Shown here: positions 51,537-61,052 of the stretch, piece by piece | Layout of the letters: the number at the start of each line of letters is the position of its first letter | How positions within the stretch are numbered: the first letter of the stretch is position 1 | DNA from: Candidatus Kuenenia stuttgartensis | Lineage (GTDB): Bacteria > Planctomycetota > Planctomycetia > Pirellulales > UBA1268 | NCBI GenBank assembly: GCA_945865325.1 | Contig: CAMBFA010000002.1 | Coordinates: 9,035-73,034 of the forward strand | DNA: 64,000 bases | Direction: 5' to 3' | Notes under the pieces: generated by a model | Database searches by the model: none | Seen by the model: only the letters and a program-made list of their open reading frames with translations | Told to the model about the DNA's origin: nothing | Translations under genes and position numbers: made by a program

Positions 51537-53417
51537 ATGCCCTCCACCCCCTTCTCAGCCGCGGCGTTTCCGGTCGTGGCTCGCCTCTTCGGGGGTGCGG
51601 CATGGGCCCTGTGGATGGCAGCTGTGGCTGCCGCGGAGCCGACGGGCCTCACCGACGGGCGGATCCTCGACGACACACGCGTCATTGGGATCTCGATCTC
51701 GCTTCCTGCCGCAGACTGGGAGGCCCTCCGGAGCGAATCACGCGACGCTGGGAAGGTGTTCCGCGGCGACACCGGCAAACCGTTCACCTGGCGCCGGGCC
51801 GACATCGTCATCGATGGTGTGCCGATCGGTTCGGTCGGCATCCGCAAGAAGGGACTGTTCGGTTCGCTCGACAGCGCCACCCCCTCGCTCCTGGTCGACT
51901 TCAATCGCTTTGTCGATCAGGATCCGGTCGACGGCCTGGGACGGTTGACGCTCAACAACAACAAACAGGATCGCTCCCTCGTCAGCCAGTCGATCGCCTA
52001 CCGGGTGTTCCGTGCGGCGGGACTGGCGGCGCCGCGCGTTGGCTTCGCAGCAGTCACCGTCAATGATGAACCGCTCGGGATCTATTCCAACGTCGAGTCG
52101 GTCCGCAAACCGTTCCTCCGCCGATCGTTTGGGGACGGCAGCGGCATGCTCGTCGAGGGGACGATCAACGACATCGTCCCCGAGTCACTCGACCGGCTCG
52201 AGGTGCAGGGGGCCAACCAGCCCCGTGACCGGGCCCGCCTGGAGGAGCTCGCCACGCTCCTGGCTTCCCCCGATCCGCTCGACCTCGACAAGCTCGGCGG
52301 GCTCGTCGACCTCGACGATTTCTTTACGTTCTGGGCGGTCGAAGCGCTCCTCAACGTCTGGGACGGCTACACCGCCAATCAAAACAACTACTTCGCCTAT
52401 GCCTCCCCCACCGACGGGCTGTTCCGCTTCATCCCCTGGGGGGCGGATGCCACGCTCGGACAGGCCCCCGGCTTCGGTGGGCCGTTCGCGGGACGGCGCA
52501 CGCCACCCCCGGTCGCCGCCCAGGCGGCTCTGCCCAACCGCCTCTACTTCACCCCGGGGATGGCCGACCGCTACCGCGACCGGCTCGAGGCCCTCCTCGC
52601 CGCGGTGTGGCAGGAGGAAGAGCTGCTCGCCGAAGTCGACCGCCTCGAGCGTCTTCTCTCGCCCGTTCTCGGACCGCGACAGGCCGGCGCCCCGGAGGCG
52701 ATGGAGTCGGTGCGAGATTCCATCCGCCGGCGCCGTGGGGAGCTGACGACGGCCTTCGAAACGTGGCCCGCCGCGGTACCCGCGACCTGGCGACGGCCGA
52801 TGACCAGCACCCCGCTGGGAACGGCCACCGGTTCGTTTACCGCCACCTATCGCGAGGGGGCCGTCGATGATGTCCCGGCGCCCGAGCTTGATCTCGCCCT
52901 CGTCCTCGGCGGCGAGTTCGTCGTTCTGCAGGACGCCGAGGCCTCGGTATCGACCTTCATGTTCCCCGGATTCGGTGGGGGGGGGGCCCGCCGTGGGCCC
53001 TCCCCGCCCGCTGCGACTGGGGATGCCCCCCCGGATAGCCCGGCGGCCCCCGGGCCCGCCGACGAATCCCCCATCAGTGTCGTGATCTCCGGGAAACGGG
53101 CCGACGACGGCAAGCCGATCGCTCTCAACCTGTTCCTTGACCGGCGCCTGGTCAGGGATTCCGCCGACCCGGTCTCCGTCACCGGGATGGTAACGGAGGG
53201 GATCTCGGGGATCGGGATCCCCGGGCTGATGCCGATGCGGACGATCAGCGGCACGTTCACTCCCGTGGAGCGGGGGCTAACGCCGGGGGAGCGGCTCGGC
53301 GGCACCTTCACCCTCGAGATCACGCAGACGCGCGGCGGGCTCATGACCCAAGCACCGATGAAGAAGCCGGAGGGGGCGGAAGCGCGATCGGCCGACACGG
53401 ATCCCCCCGCTCCTTGA
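51537..53417 (+). CDS. CotH-family (kinase-like) secreted protein
   Basis: Signal peptide after ATG 51537. IRKKGLFGSL...LTLNNNKQDRSLVSQSIAYRVFRAAGLAAPR...FFTFWAVEALLNVWDGYTANQNNYFAY...FIPWGADATLG. Confidence 0.78.
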   Translation: MPSTPFSAAAFPVVARLFGGAAWALWMAAVAAAEPTGLTDGRILDDTRVIGISISLPAADWEALRSESRDAGKVFRGDTGKPFTWRRADIVIDGVPIGSVGIRKKGLFGSLDSATPSLLVDFNRFVDQDPVDGLGRLTLNNNKQDRSLVSQSIAYRVFRAAGLAAPRVGFAAVTVNDEPLGIYSNVESVRKPFLRRSFGDGSGMLVEGTINDIVPESLDRLEVQGANQPRDRARLEELATLLASPDPLDLDKLGGLVDLDDFFTFWAVEALLNVWDGYTANQNNYFAYASPTDGLFRFIPWGADATLGQAPGFGGPFAGRRTPPPVAAQAALPNRLYFTPGMADRYRDRLEALLAAVWQEEELLAEVDRLERLLSPVLGPRQAGAPEAMESVRDSIRRRRGELTTAFETWPAAVPATWRRPMTSTPLGTATGSFTATYREGAVDDVPAPELDLALVLGGEFVVLQDAEASVSTFMFPGFGGGGARRGPSPPAATGDAPPDSPAAPGPADESPISVVISGKRADDGKPIALNLFLDRRLVRDSADPVSVTGMVTEGISGIGIPGLMPMRTISGTFTPVERGLTPGERLGGTFTLEITQTRGGLMTQAPMKKPEGAEARSADTDPPAP

Positions 53418-53517
53418 GCCCTGTCGGTTCGGTCAGGGATGACTTTTCCGCGAAAATCGAGCGAAAAAGTCCAGGCTTGGGGGGGAGGCTTCGACCTGCT
53501 ACCCTCCGCCCCCCCCG

Positions 53518-54465
53518 ATGCCACTCCGGAGTCAAAACCCGATGCGCGCTGAGAGCCTCTCCATGACGACTGACGGTCGAGCCCCGCTCCCACGGCGCCG
53601 CCTCGTAGGCCGTCTCGCCACAGGTCTCGCCACCCTCGCTGCCCTGTCGGGGGGCGGCGCGGAGGGCGGGGAAAGGATCCTCCTTCGCGTCGAAACGGAG
53701 GTGTTCGCCGACGATGACGAGGCCCCCGTGGCCCGCAGCCTGACGCTGTTCCGGAATGGGATTGCCTGGGACTTCCTCGAAGCCCTCCCGAAGAAGCCCG
53801 ACGAGGAGAACGCCGGTCCGGACGAACCGGCGGAGTTCGTTCTTCACGACCCGGCCCGGGAGCGGATCATTCTCGTTGATCCCGCCCGACACGTGCGGAC
53901 CCAGATCGACCACCTGCAACTCGAACGGCTCCGGGCGTCGCTGGGCAGTTGGGCACGAAAGTCGGAGGATCCGTTGATGCGCTGGGCCGGGGGCCCGGAG
54001 TTCGGCGACAGCCTCGAGGAGACCTCGACGAAGATCCTTCTCGAAGGCCCGAGGGTCCGCTATGAGGTGACCTTCGAACCAGCCGGGAACGGGGCGATCG
54101 CCGAGGAATACCGGCGCTTCGCCGATGCCGCCGTTCTCATCAAGGCACTCGTTCATCCCGGTGGCATCCCCCCCTTCCCGAGGATTGCGATCAACCGCCG
54201 CGTCGCCGCCGCCGGGGGGATCCCCGTGGCGGTCCGCCTGGAGATCGAGTCGCGGATGGCTAGGCTCGGGCGGCAGCCGAATGTGCTCCGAGCGCAACAC
54301 AAGGTCCTCGAATCCTGGCTCACCTCCGATCACAAGCGGGTGGCCGCGGCCGAGGAGCGACTGGCGGTGGCGGCACAGGTCGATCTGGCGACCTACGCCG
54401 GGAAAACAGATGGCCCCGATGGGGGTCCGATCGCCGCCGGCCCGGCGGCCCCGAAAAACCGCTGA
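53518..54465 (+). CDS. Hypothetical protein with Tat-like signal (RRRLVGRLATGLATLAALSGGGA)
   Basis: 315 aa with protein-like composition. The antisense 404-aa ORF (53341..54555 -) is R/G/P-rich junk. No family recognised. Confidence 0.6.
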   Translation: MPLRSQNPMRAESLSMTTDGRAPLPRRRLVGRLATGLATLAALSGGGAEGGERILLRVETEVFADDDEAPVARSLTLFRNGIAWDFLEALPKKPDEENAGPDEPAEFVLHDPARERIILVDPARHVRTQIDHLQLERLRASLGSWARKSEDPLMRWAGGPEFGDSLEETSTKILLEGPRVRYEVTFEPAGNGAIAEEYRRFADAAVLIKALVHPGGIPPFPRIAINRRVAAAGGIPVAVRLEIESRMARLGRQPNVLRAQHKVLESWLTSDHKRVAAAEERLAVAAQVDLATYAGKTDGPDGGPIAAGPAAPKNR

Positions 54466-54688
54466 ATCGCCGGGGGTCTCGCCCCGTGTCCCCCGCGGGG
54501 GCTCTGCCCGGCGGCCTCCGCCCCTGCGGACGGCACAACACTCACCAACCAACACTCTGCCGTCCCCCCCAAGAAAGTCGACGGGGCCGGACGATGTTTC
54601 CCCTACCGCACACCTTACCTATTCCACGAAACCATCCCGCTCTGGCCGACCACAACGGCAGCGGTGACGGCCCCTGGGGCCGCGATGG

Positions 54689-54718
54689 TTGACAGACGTA
54701 CAGTGATGATTGTAGAGT
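54689..54718 (+). promoter_or_regulatory. Candidate sigma-70-type promoter for csrA
   Basis: TTGACA (54689-54694), 18-nt spacer, TAGAGT (54713-54718). It lies about 40 nt upstream of the csrA ATG. AT-rich hexamers are rare in this GC-rich sequence. Confidence 0.4.
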
Positions 54719-54758
54719 CGCCTCCATCACATCCAACAGCCCAGGAACGGAGTCTCCC

Positions 54759-54992
54759 ATGCTGGTTCTTTCACGGAAGCAAAACGAACGGATTCGAGTC
54801 GGCGATTCGATCGTCGTGACCATCGTCCGCGTCAGTGGTGACAAAGTGCGGATCGGGATCGAAGCCCCCGCCAATGTTCGCGTCCTGCGGGACGAGCTCC
54901 ACCTTGATGGCGGCCATGCCGGGATCGTGCCCGCCCTCGAGTCGGTAGTGACGGAGCGGGTCATCGAGTTGCGGCTCGCGACGGCTGGTTGA
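54759..54992 (+). CDS. csrA: Carbon storage regulator CsrA/RsmA
   Basis: MLVLSRKQNERIRVGDSIVVTIVRVSGDKVRIGIEAPANVRVLRDEL is near-canonical CsrA. It has a 30-aa C-terminal extension. Confidence 0.95.
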   Translation: MLVLSRKQNERIRVGDSIVVTIVRVSGDKVRIGIEAPANVRVLRDELHLDGGHAGIVPALESVVTERVIELRLATAG

Positions 54993-55022
54993 CAGATTCA
55001 GGGCGCTGGGAGGGGATGGCCC

Positions 55023-55766
55023 ATGAACAGACTTCCCGGTGCCCTTGCCAGGCATGAAAAGACCGGTGGCGCGGGACGGCGATGGCCACGCCGTCCCGCC
55101 GCCGCCGGCATCCTCCTCGTCTGCCTGCTGCTGGCGTCGTATTCCCTTCTTCATCTCCGCCCCGTCGGCATCGGTGGTCCCGTCCCCACCGGGCCCGAGG
55201 GGGAGCGGGCCGCGGGGAGGATGATGTCCAAGGCCTCGTCCCTCGTAGCCGGGCTCGAACGTCCCGGGGATTGGGGCGAAGCCTTCTCCGAGGCCGAGGC
55301 GAATGCCTGGTTGTCGATCGACCTTCCCCGTCACGCCCCAGGGTTCTTGGTCGGGGGGTTCTCGGCGCCGAAGGTCCAGTTCCTCGAACGCCGGGCCGCG
55401 ATCTCCTCGCTCGTCCGCTGGGGCCCACTCTCGGCGCAGCTGTGGGCGATCCTCGAGGTCACCGTGCGGAGCGACAACCTCGTCGCCGTTGGCGTCGATT
55501 CGGCCGGACTGGGGGCGGTGCCGCTCCCCCCGGGGGTGATTCTCCGGGCGCTCGCCTCGCGGGCCGAAGCGGCCGGAGCCACGACGGAAATCCGCTTCCT
55601 CGACGGCGGTCCGGTGCTCCTGGTCCTCTTGCCGGGGACGACGACGAAGAAGACATCGGGCCAGCGGTCCGAGTACCATCTCGGGGGTGTCCGAATCACC
55701 CCGGGGGAGGTGGTGCTGGCAGGGACAACCCGCGGCCTTCCCCACCAGGAAGGATCCCCTCCATGA
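55023..55766 (+). CDS. Hypothetical membrane-anchored protein
   Basis: N-terminal anchor AAAGILLVCLLLASYSLLHL. Its stop overlaps the next start (ATGA at 55763-55766). Confidence 0.55.
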   Translation: MNRLPGALARHEKTGGAGRRWPRRPAAAGILLVCLLLASYSLLHLRPVGIGGPVPTGPEGERAAGRMMSKASSLVAGLERPGDWGEAFSEAEANAWLSIDLPRHAPGFLVGGFSAPKVQFLERRAAISSLVRWGPLSAQLWAILEVTVRSDNLVAVGVDSAGLGAVPLPPGVILRALASRAEAAGATTEIRFLDGGPVLLVLLPGTTTKKTSGQRSEYHLGGVRITPGEVVLAGTTRGLPHQEGSPP

Positions 55767-57154
55767 CGACGTTGCGATTCCTCGGCTCCGCGGGGACGGT
55801 CTCCGGTTCGCGGCACCTCCTCGAGCACAATGGGAAGAGGATCCTCGTCGACTGCGGACTTTTCCAAGGGGAGAAGCGCCTCCGCGAGCGCAACTGGGAT
55901 CGCTTTCCAGTCCCCCCCGACTCCATCGAGGCTGTTGTTCTGACCCACGGGCACATCGATCATTCGGGGTGGCTGCCACGGCTGACGCGGGAGGGATTCC
56001 GGGGGCCGATCCTCACCACCCGTGCCACGGCCGATCTTCTCGGGCTCCTTCTCTACGATTCCGCGAAGTGCCAGGAAGAGGACGCCGAATATGCAAACCG
56101 CAAGGGATACTCAAAGCACAGCCCCGCGCTCCCCCTCTACGACCAGCGGGATGTCGAGCGGACGCTCCGACTGGTGAAGCCGCTCGACCGCGAAAGTTGG
56201 TTCTCCCCGGCCAGGGGGATCCGCGCTCGCTTCCACGACGCCGGACACATGCTCGGGAGCTCGTTTGTGGAGATGGAGCTCGACCGCGCCGGGGATCCGC
56301 TCCGCTGCCTCTTCTCCGGCGACGTCGGCCGGTACGACGCCCCGCTCTACAACGATCCCGTTCCGCCCCCGCCCTGCGAGGTGCTCGTCTGCGAGAGCAC
56401 CTACGGCGACCGTGACCATCCGGTGAGCCGGCCGCTGGACGAGCTGGAGGCGGTGACGAAGGAGGCGATTCTCCGCGGCGGGATGATGCTCGTGGCCTCG
56501 TTCGCCATCGGCCGCTGCCAGCAATTGGTCTATCTCCTCCGCACGCTCATGGCCGCGGGACGTCTCCCCGAGATCCCGGTGTGGATCGATTCACCGATGG
56601 CCGTGGAGGCGACCGAGGTCTTCCGCCGGCACGTGGCGGAGCACGACTTCACCGAGGCCCGAATGCAGGGGGTCTCCGATTCGCTCGCCTCACCCTGGGT
56701 GCGGATGGCGCGGACCGCCGAGGAATCGAAGGCGATCAACGCCCATGATGGGGCTGGGATCGTGATCGCCTCCAGCGGCATGATGAACGGAGGGCGGATC
56801 CTCCACCACCTCGCTCGTCGACTCCCCGACCCGCGCACGACGGTGCTCGTCGCCGGTTTCCAGGCTGCCGGCACGCGTGGGCGCACGCTCATCGACGGGG
56901 CCGAGTTCCTCACAATCCATGGCCGGGACATCCCGGTGCGGGCGGCCGTGCGCCGCGTCGACGCCCTCTCCGGCCACGGCGACCGACGCGAGATCGGCCG
57001 CTGGCTCTCGAGCATGAGAGCCCCGCGGCGCGTATTCCTCGTTCACGGCGAGCCGCCGGCGGCGCGCGGGATGGCGGAGCATCTGAAAACGACGCTCGGT
57101 TGGGAATCGACCATCCCTGCGATCGGTGACAGTTTCGATCTCACCGTGCCGTGA
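55763..57154 (+). CDS. MBL-fold beta-CASP family RNA-metabolising hydrolase
   Basis: MTTLRFLGSAGTVSGSRHLLE...VLTHGHIDHSGWLP (HxHxDH), ESTYGDR, later SGHGD. The listed ORF start (55082) lies in the previous gene. Confidence 0.88.
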   Translation: MTTLRFLGSAGTVSGSRHLLEHNGKRILVDCGLFQGEKRLRERNWDRFPVPPDSIEAVVLTHGHIDHSGWLPRLTREGFRGPILTTRATADLLGLLLYDSAKCQEEDAEYANRKGYSKHSPALPLYDQRDVERTLRLVKPLDRESWFSPARGIRARFHDAGHMLGSSFVEMELDRAGDPLRCLFSGDVGRYDAPLYNDPVPPPPCEVLVCESTYGDRDHPVSRPLDELEAVTKEAILRGGMMLVASFAIGRCQQLVYLLRTLMAAGRLPEIPVWIDSPMAVEATEVFRRHVAEHDFTEARMQGVSDSLASPWVRMARTAEESKAINAHDGAGIVIASSGMMNGGRILHHLARRLPDPRTTVLVAGFQAAGTRGRTLIDGAEFLTIHGRDIPVRAAVRRVDALSGHGDRREIGRWLSSMRAPRRVFLVHGEPPAARGMAEHLKTTLGWESTIPAIGDSFDLTVP

Positions 57155-57216
57155 GGCGGGCGGTCTTTCCGTGGCCTCCGTTCACCCCTCCGCCCCCTCC
57201 AAGCACGCTCCCCCCT

Positions 57217-58182
57217 ATGGCCAAGCGACCGAAATCCCCCCCACAACACACTCCCCCCGCCGCCGTCACGCCACCGTCGGTCCCCACACCGATGAAGACC
57301 TGCAGCATCCTCCCCGACACAACGCTCGGTGACGATGTCGCGCTGGTGGCGGAGAACATGGAGGCGATCCTCGCCAGCCCGAGCTACAGCCTCGCGCAGC
57401 ACGACCGCCTCCTCATGGACCGCCCCGAGTCCCGCGGCGTGCGGATGCTCCTGGAGCTCCACAAACCGGAGCTCGCCTTCCAGGAACACCGGATCCATTC
57501 GACGGTGATCGTCTTCGGGGGCACGCAGATCGTCGAGCGCGGTGCCGCCCAGGGCCGGCTCACCGAGGCCCGACGAGCCGCGCAGGGCAATCCCGACTCC
57601 CCGAGGCTGAAGCGCGACGTAGAGCGGGCCGAGAAGCTCCTCTCCCGCAGCCGCTACTACGACGCGGCGCGGGAGTTCGCCAGGCTCGTGTCGATCGACA
57701 ACCAGTGCGACGACGCCCGGGATTTCGTCATCGTTACCGGCGGCGGGCCGGGGATCATGGAAGCCGCCAACCGCGGGGCCTTCGACGTCGGCTGCCAGTC
57801 GATCGGGCTCAACATCAAGCTCCCTGCCGAGCAGCAGCCCAATCCCTTCATCACCCCCGACCTCTGCTTCCAGTTCAAGTACTTCGCGCTGCGGAAGTTT
57901 CACTTCATCCTCCGCGCGGCGGCCGTGGTCCTCTTCCCCGGCGGATTCGGCACCCTCGACGAGATGTTCGAGACCCTCACCCTCCGCCAGACCCACCGCA
58001 TGCAGCCGCTGCCGATCATCCTCTTCGGCCGTGAGTACTGGTCGAAGATCATCGACTTCCGGCAGATGGCAGAGGAGGGAGTGATCTCCGACGACCACCT
58101 CGATCTCTTCTCCTGGGCCGAGACCCCCGAGGAGGCGTGGCAGCAGATCGTCGACTTCCACAACGCCAAGCCGAAAGGCTGA
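57217..58182 (+). CDS. LOG/TIGR00730-family nucleotide 5'-monophosphate nucleosidase (PpnN-like)
   Basis: VTGGGPGIMEAANRGA and FPGGFGTLDEMFE motifs. ATG 57217, or GTG 57151 overlapping the previous stop (GTGA). Confidence 0.85.
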   Translation: MAKRPKSPPQHTPPAAVTPPSVPTPMKTCSILPDTTLGDDVALVAENMEAILASPSYSLAQHDRLLMDRPESRGVRMLLELHKPELAFQEHRIHSTVIVFGGTQIVERGAAQGRLTEARRAAQGNPDSPRLKRDVERAEKLLSRSRYYDAAREFARLVSIDNQCDDARDFVIVTGGGPGIMEAANRGAFDVGCQSIGLNIKLPAEQQPNPFITPDLCFQFKYFALRKFHFILRAAAVVLFPGGFGTLDEMFETLTLRQTHRMQPLPIILFGREYWSKIIDFRQMAEEGVISDDHLDLFSWAETPEEAWQQIVDFHNAKPKG

Positions 58183-58194
58183 CCGTCCGCGGGA

Positions 58195-59964
58195 TCATCC
58201 CCGACTCGCCGGCAGAAAGACCCGGAACGTGCTCCCGACGCCGAGCGTGCTCTCGACAGCGACAGTCCCGCCATGGGCCTGGACGATGTGCTTGACAATC
58301 GAGAGGCCGAGCCCGGTACCGCCGAGCCTGCGGCTGCGCCCCTTGTCGACGCGGTAAAACCGCTCGAAGAGGCGTGGCAGATGCTCCGCCCCGATGCCCG
58401 AGCCCTGATCGCGGACAAGCCATTCCAGCATCCCGTCGACCGTCGGCGCCACCGCCACCACGACCCTCCCCCCCGGCTCGCTGTATTTCAGAGCATTGTC
58501 GACGAGATTGATGAGCGCCTGCTCCAGCAGCGGAGCATTGACTTCCGCCCCGAGTGCCGGTGGCGAATCGACCTCGATGGTGATCGAACGTTCGTCGGCA
58601 CGGGGCCCGCACTCGGCAACGACGGCCGCGAGCACGTCGGCCACCGGAACCTGCTCCAGCGGCAGGTCGCCCATCCCCTCGGCCTGTTCGATCCGGGACA
58701 GAGCGAGCAGATCGTCGATGATCGTCCCCAGCCTGTCCGATTGCCGGCCGATGATCTCGAGGAATCGACGCCGATCGGCGGGGTCGTCGACCCGCCCTTC
58801 GAGGAGCGTCTCCACGAACCCCTTGATCGAGGCGACGGGGGTCTTCAGTTCATGGGAGACGTTGGCGACGAAGTCGCGGCGGACGTTCTCGAGGTGGCGA
58901 ATGTCGGTGATGTCGTTGAGCACGATCACGGCGCCCCCTTCCCCTGATGGGTCGTTCAACGGGGTGCCGCGGACACGGAGGGTGCGGTCGCGGGCCGCCC
59001 GCAGGACGAGATCATCCTCCACCGTTTCGCGGCAATCGATCGCCTGGAGGGCGAATTGCCGGAGATCGGCGTTCCGTACGACCTCCTGGATGGGACGACC
59101 GAGCACGGTGGCCGGATCGAGCCCGAGGAGATCTGCCGCCGCGCGGTTGATGCTCACGATCCGCTGGCTGGCATCGACCGCGAGCACCCCCTCGATCATG
59201 CTCCCCAGAACCGCCTCCTGCTGCGTCCCCTGGCGACCAATCGTCAGGCTTCGTTCCACGAGCTGGCCGCGGAGGATCTCGATGGCGCCGGCCAGAGCCG
59301 ACACCTCGGCGACATCGGAGGCGGGGAGCGGGACCGCGATCGCCCCGGCGGCCAGTCGGGAGGCGGCACTGGCCAGATCCTCGAAGGGCCCGGCCGCACG
59401 GCGCGCGAGCAACCATCCCGCCAGCATCGCCACCGCGGCCCCGGCCAGAGCCCCCGTCACCAACCGCCTCTGGGCAGCCGCGAGCCCGGCGTCGGCCGCC
59501 GTCGTGTCGCCGTTGATGCGGATGATCGCCGTCGTTCTCCCTCCGCGCACGACAGGGCTGACGACCGACACTGTGCGCCTCGCGCTGGCGGCGTCGTAGC
59601 GCCCCGCGGTTGAACGTCGCCCAGCCAGCGCGTCGGCGAGCGTGGCCGCATCGAGCCCCTTTCCGTCGGCGTCGGAATCTGTCGAATCTCCCCCTCCGAT
59701 CGGCCGTCCCCGGACGTCGAACACCTCCACGGCGCCCCCCTCCGTGCCGCGGCCAAATGGCTCCAGCCATGCCCGGTCGCCGTCCGGGTCATCGGGCAGG
59801 GACGCGGACAGGTTCCGGGCCCTCTCGCTCATTCGCTCCATCTGCATCGCGTCGGCCAGGCGGGCCAACTCAACGGAGGCGATCCACTGGCTGACGACCA
59901 GCAACCCGACGACGAGGAGACTCCAGACTGCAAACCATCGCCAGGCGAGTCGGGAACGCGGCAT
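58195..59964 (-). CDS. Sensor histidine kinase (TM-HAMP-PAS-HisKA-HATPase, PhoR-like)
   Basis: H-box NVSHELKTPVASIKGF, N-box LINLVDNALKYS, G-boxes DQGSGI and GTGLGLSIVK. ATG 59964 gives MPRSRLAWRWFAVWSLLVVGLLVV. Confidence 0.9.
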   Translation of the reverse strand: MPRSRLAWRWFAVWSLLVVGLLVVSQWIASVELARLADAMQMERMSERARNLSASLPDDPDGDRAWLEPFGRGTEGGAVEVFDVRGRPIGGGDSTDSDADGKGLDAATLADALAGRRSTAGRYDAASARRTVSVVSPVVRGGRTTAIIRINGDTTAADAGLAAAQRRLVTGALAGAAVAMLAGWLLARRAAGPFEDLASAASRLAAGAIAVPLPASDVAEVSALAGAIEILRGQLVERSLTIGRQGTQQEAVLGSMIEGVLAVDASQRIVSINRAAADLLGLDPATVLGRPIQEVVRNADLRQFALQAIDCRETVEDDLVLRAARDRTLRVRGTPLNDPSGEGGAVIVLNDITDIRHLENVRRDFVANVSHELKTPVASIKGFVETLLEGRVDDPADRRRFLEIIGRQSDRLGTIIDDLLALSRIEQAEGMGDLPLEQVPVADVLAAVVAECGPRADERSITIEVDSPPALGAEVNAPLLEQALINLVDNALKYSEPGGRVVVAVAPTVDGMLEWLVRDQGSGIGAEHLPRLFERFYRVDKGRSRRLGGTGLGLSIVKHIVQAHGGTVAVESTLGVGSTFRVFLPASRG

Positions 59965-60124
59965 CGGTGCGGCTGCCGGAGATCTTGCGTCGGGAGGATC
60001 GATCCCGGGCCGAAGGGTTGCTCCGACGATCGGCCAACCGGGCCCCTCGGCCCGGCACGAGGCCACGACGAAGGTCGATCAAGTGTCGCACAACCGGCAG
60101 GGCAACGGAAAGGAGGGAGGCCGA

Positions 60125-60904
60125 TCAGGCGCGGAATCGGTATCCCACACCGCGCACGGTCTCGATATACGACGCGTGTTCTCCGAGTTTCTTCCGCAGG
60201 CCCGCCACCTGGACGTCGACCGATCGCTCGGTGACGGGATAATCCTCCCCTTTGACCGCGTCGACGATCTGGGTGCGCGTGAAGGCCCACCCGGGTTTCT
60301 TGGCGAGGAAATGGAGGAGGGCGAACTCGGTGTACGTCAGATCGACCACGTCGCCGGCCAGATGGACCTCATGCCGGCCGGGATGGATGACAAGATCGTG
60401 GACCTCGACGGTCGATTCGAGATCCGCATGCCGCTCCGATTCGCGCCGCCGAAGCAGCGCCTTGACCCGTGCAGAGAGTACACGGGGGCTGAAGGGCTTG
60501 GTGATGTAGTCGTCGGCGCCCCGCTCGAGTCCGGAGACCACATCGCGCTCCTCGCTCTTGGCGGTGAGCATCACGATAGGGATCTCGCGCGTCCGCGGAT
60601 CAGCCTTGAGACGACGGCAGACCTCGAGACCGTCAAGGCCGGGGAGCATCAAGTCGAGCACCACCAGATCGGGAGGCTCGCGGCGAACAGCCTTGAGGGC
60701 CTCCTCACCGTTGACGACCCCGAGGACGTCATACCCGTCGCGGGCGAGGTTGAATCGCACCAGTTCGAGGAGATCCTCCTCGTCATCGACCACGAGGATC
60801 CGCGGCTGATTCGCCACCTGACCGCTCCGCCCTTTGAGTGGATGCTGCTTCACGCCAACACTACCGTGATCGGTGCCATCCCGGGCCTGCCCACGGGTCG
60901 CCAT
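60125..60904 (-). CDS. OmpR/PhoB-family response regulator
   Basis: ILVVDDEEDL, VLDLMLPGLDG, MLTAKSEE. Winged-helix LTYTEFALLHFL...VDVQVAGLRKKL...ETVRGVGYRF. Confidence 0.92.
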   Translation of the reverse strand: MATRGQARDGTDHGSVGVKQHPLKGRSGQVANQPRILVVDDEEDLLELVRFNLARDGYDVLGVVNGEEALKAVRREPPDLVVLDLMLPGLDGLEVCRRLKADPRTREIPIVMLTAKSEERDVVSGLERGADDYITKPFSPRVLSARVKALLRRRESERHADLESTVEVHDLVIHPGRHEVHLAGDVVDLTYTEFALLHFLAKKPGWAFTRTQIVDAVKGEDYPVTERSVDVQVAGLRKKLGEHASYIETVRGVGYRFRA

Positions 60905-61052
60905 CCCTACCTCCGGTGCGCGGACTGACACGATTCCCACCGGTATCACCTCACCACTTCCGGGAGCCGTCGCCTGAAACCGCTGTCTTCAAACCTTATC
61001 GTACGCACCGCGGGGCCGGGCTGTCGTTAGTTTTCCGTGAGAGCCCCGGCCG

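Noticed and set aside
52977-52986. G10 run inside CotH and C10 run at 20603-20612 (PolX 3' end) as phase-variation sites
   Set aside because: They encode Gly runs in low-complexity segments of otherwise intact genes. Such runs are frequent in this GC-rich sequence, so they are not individually remarkable.
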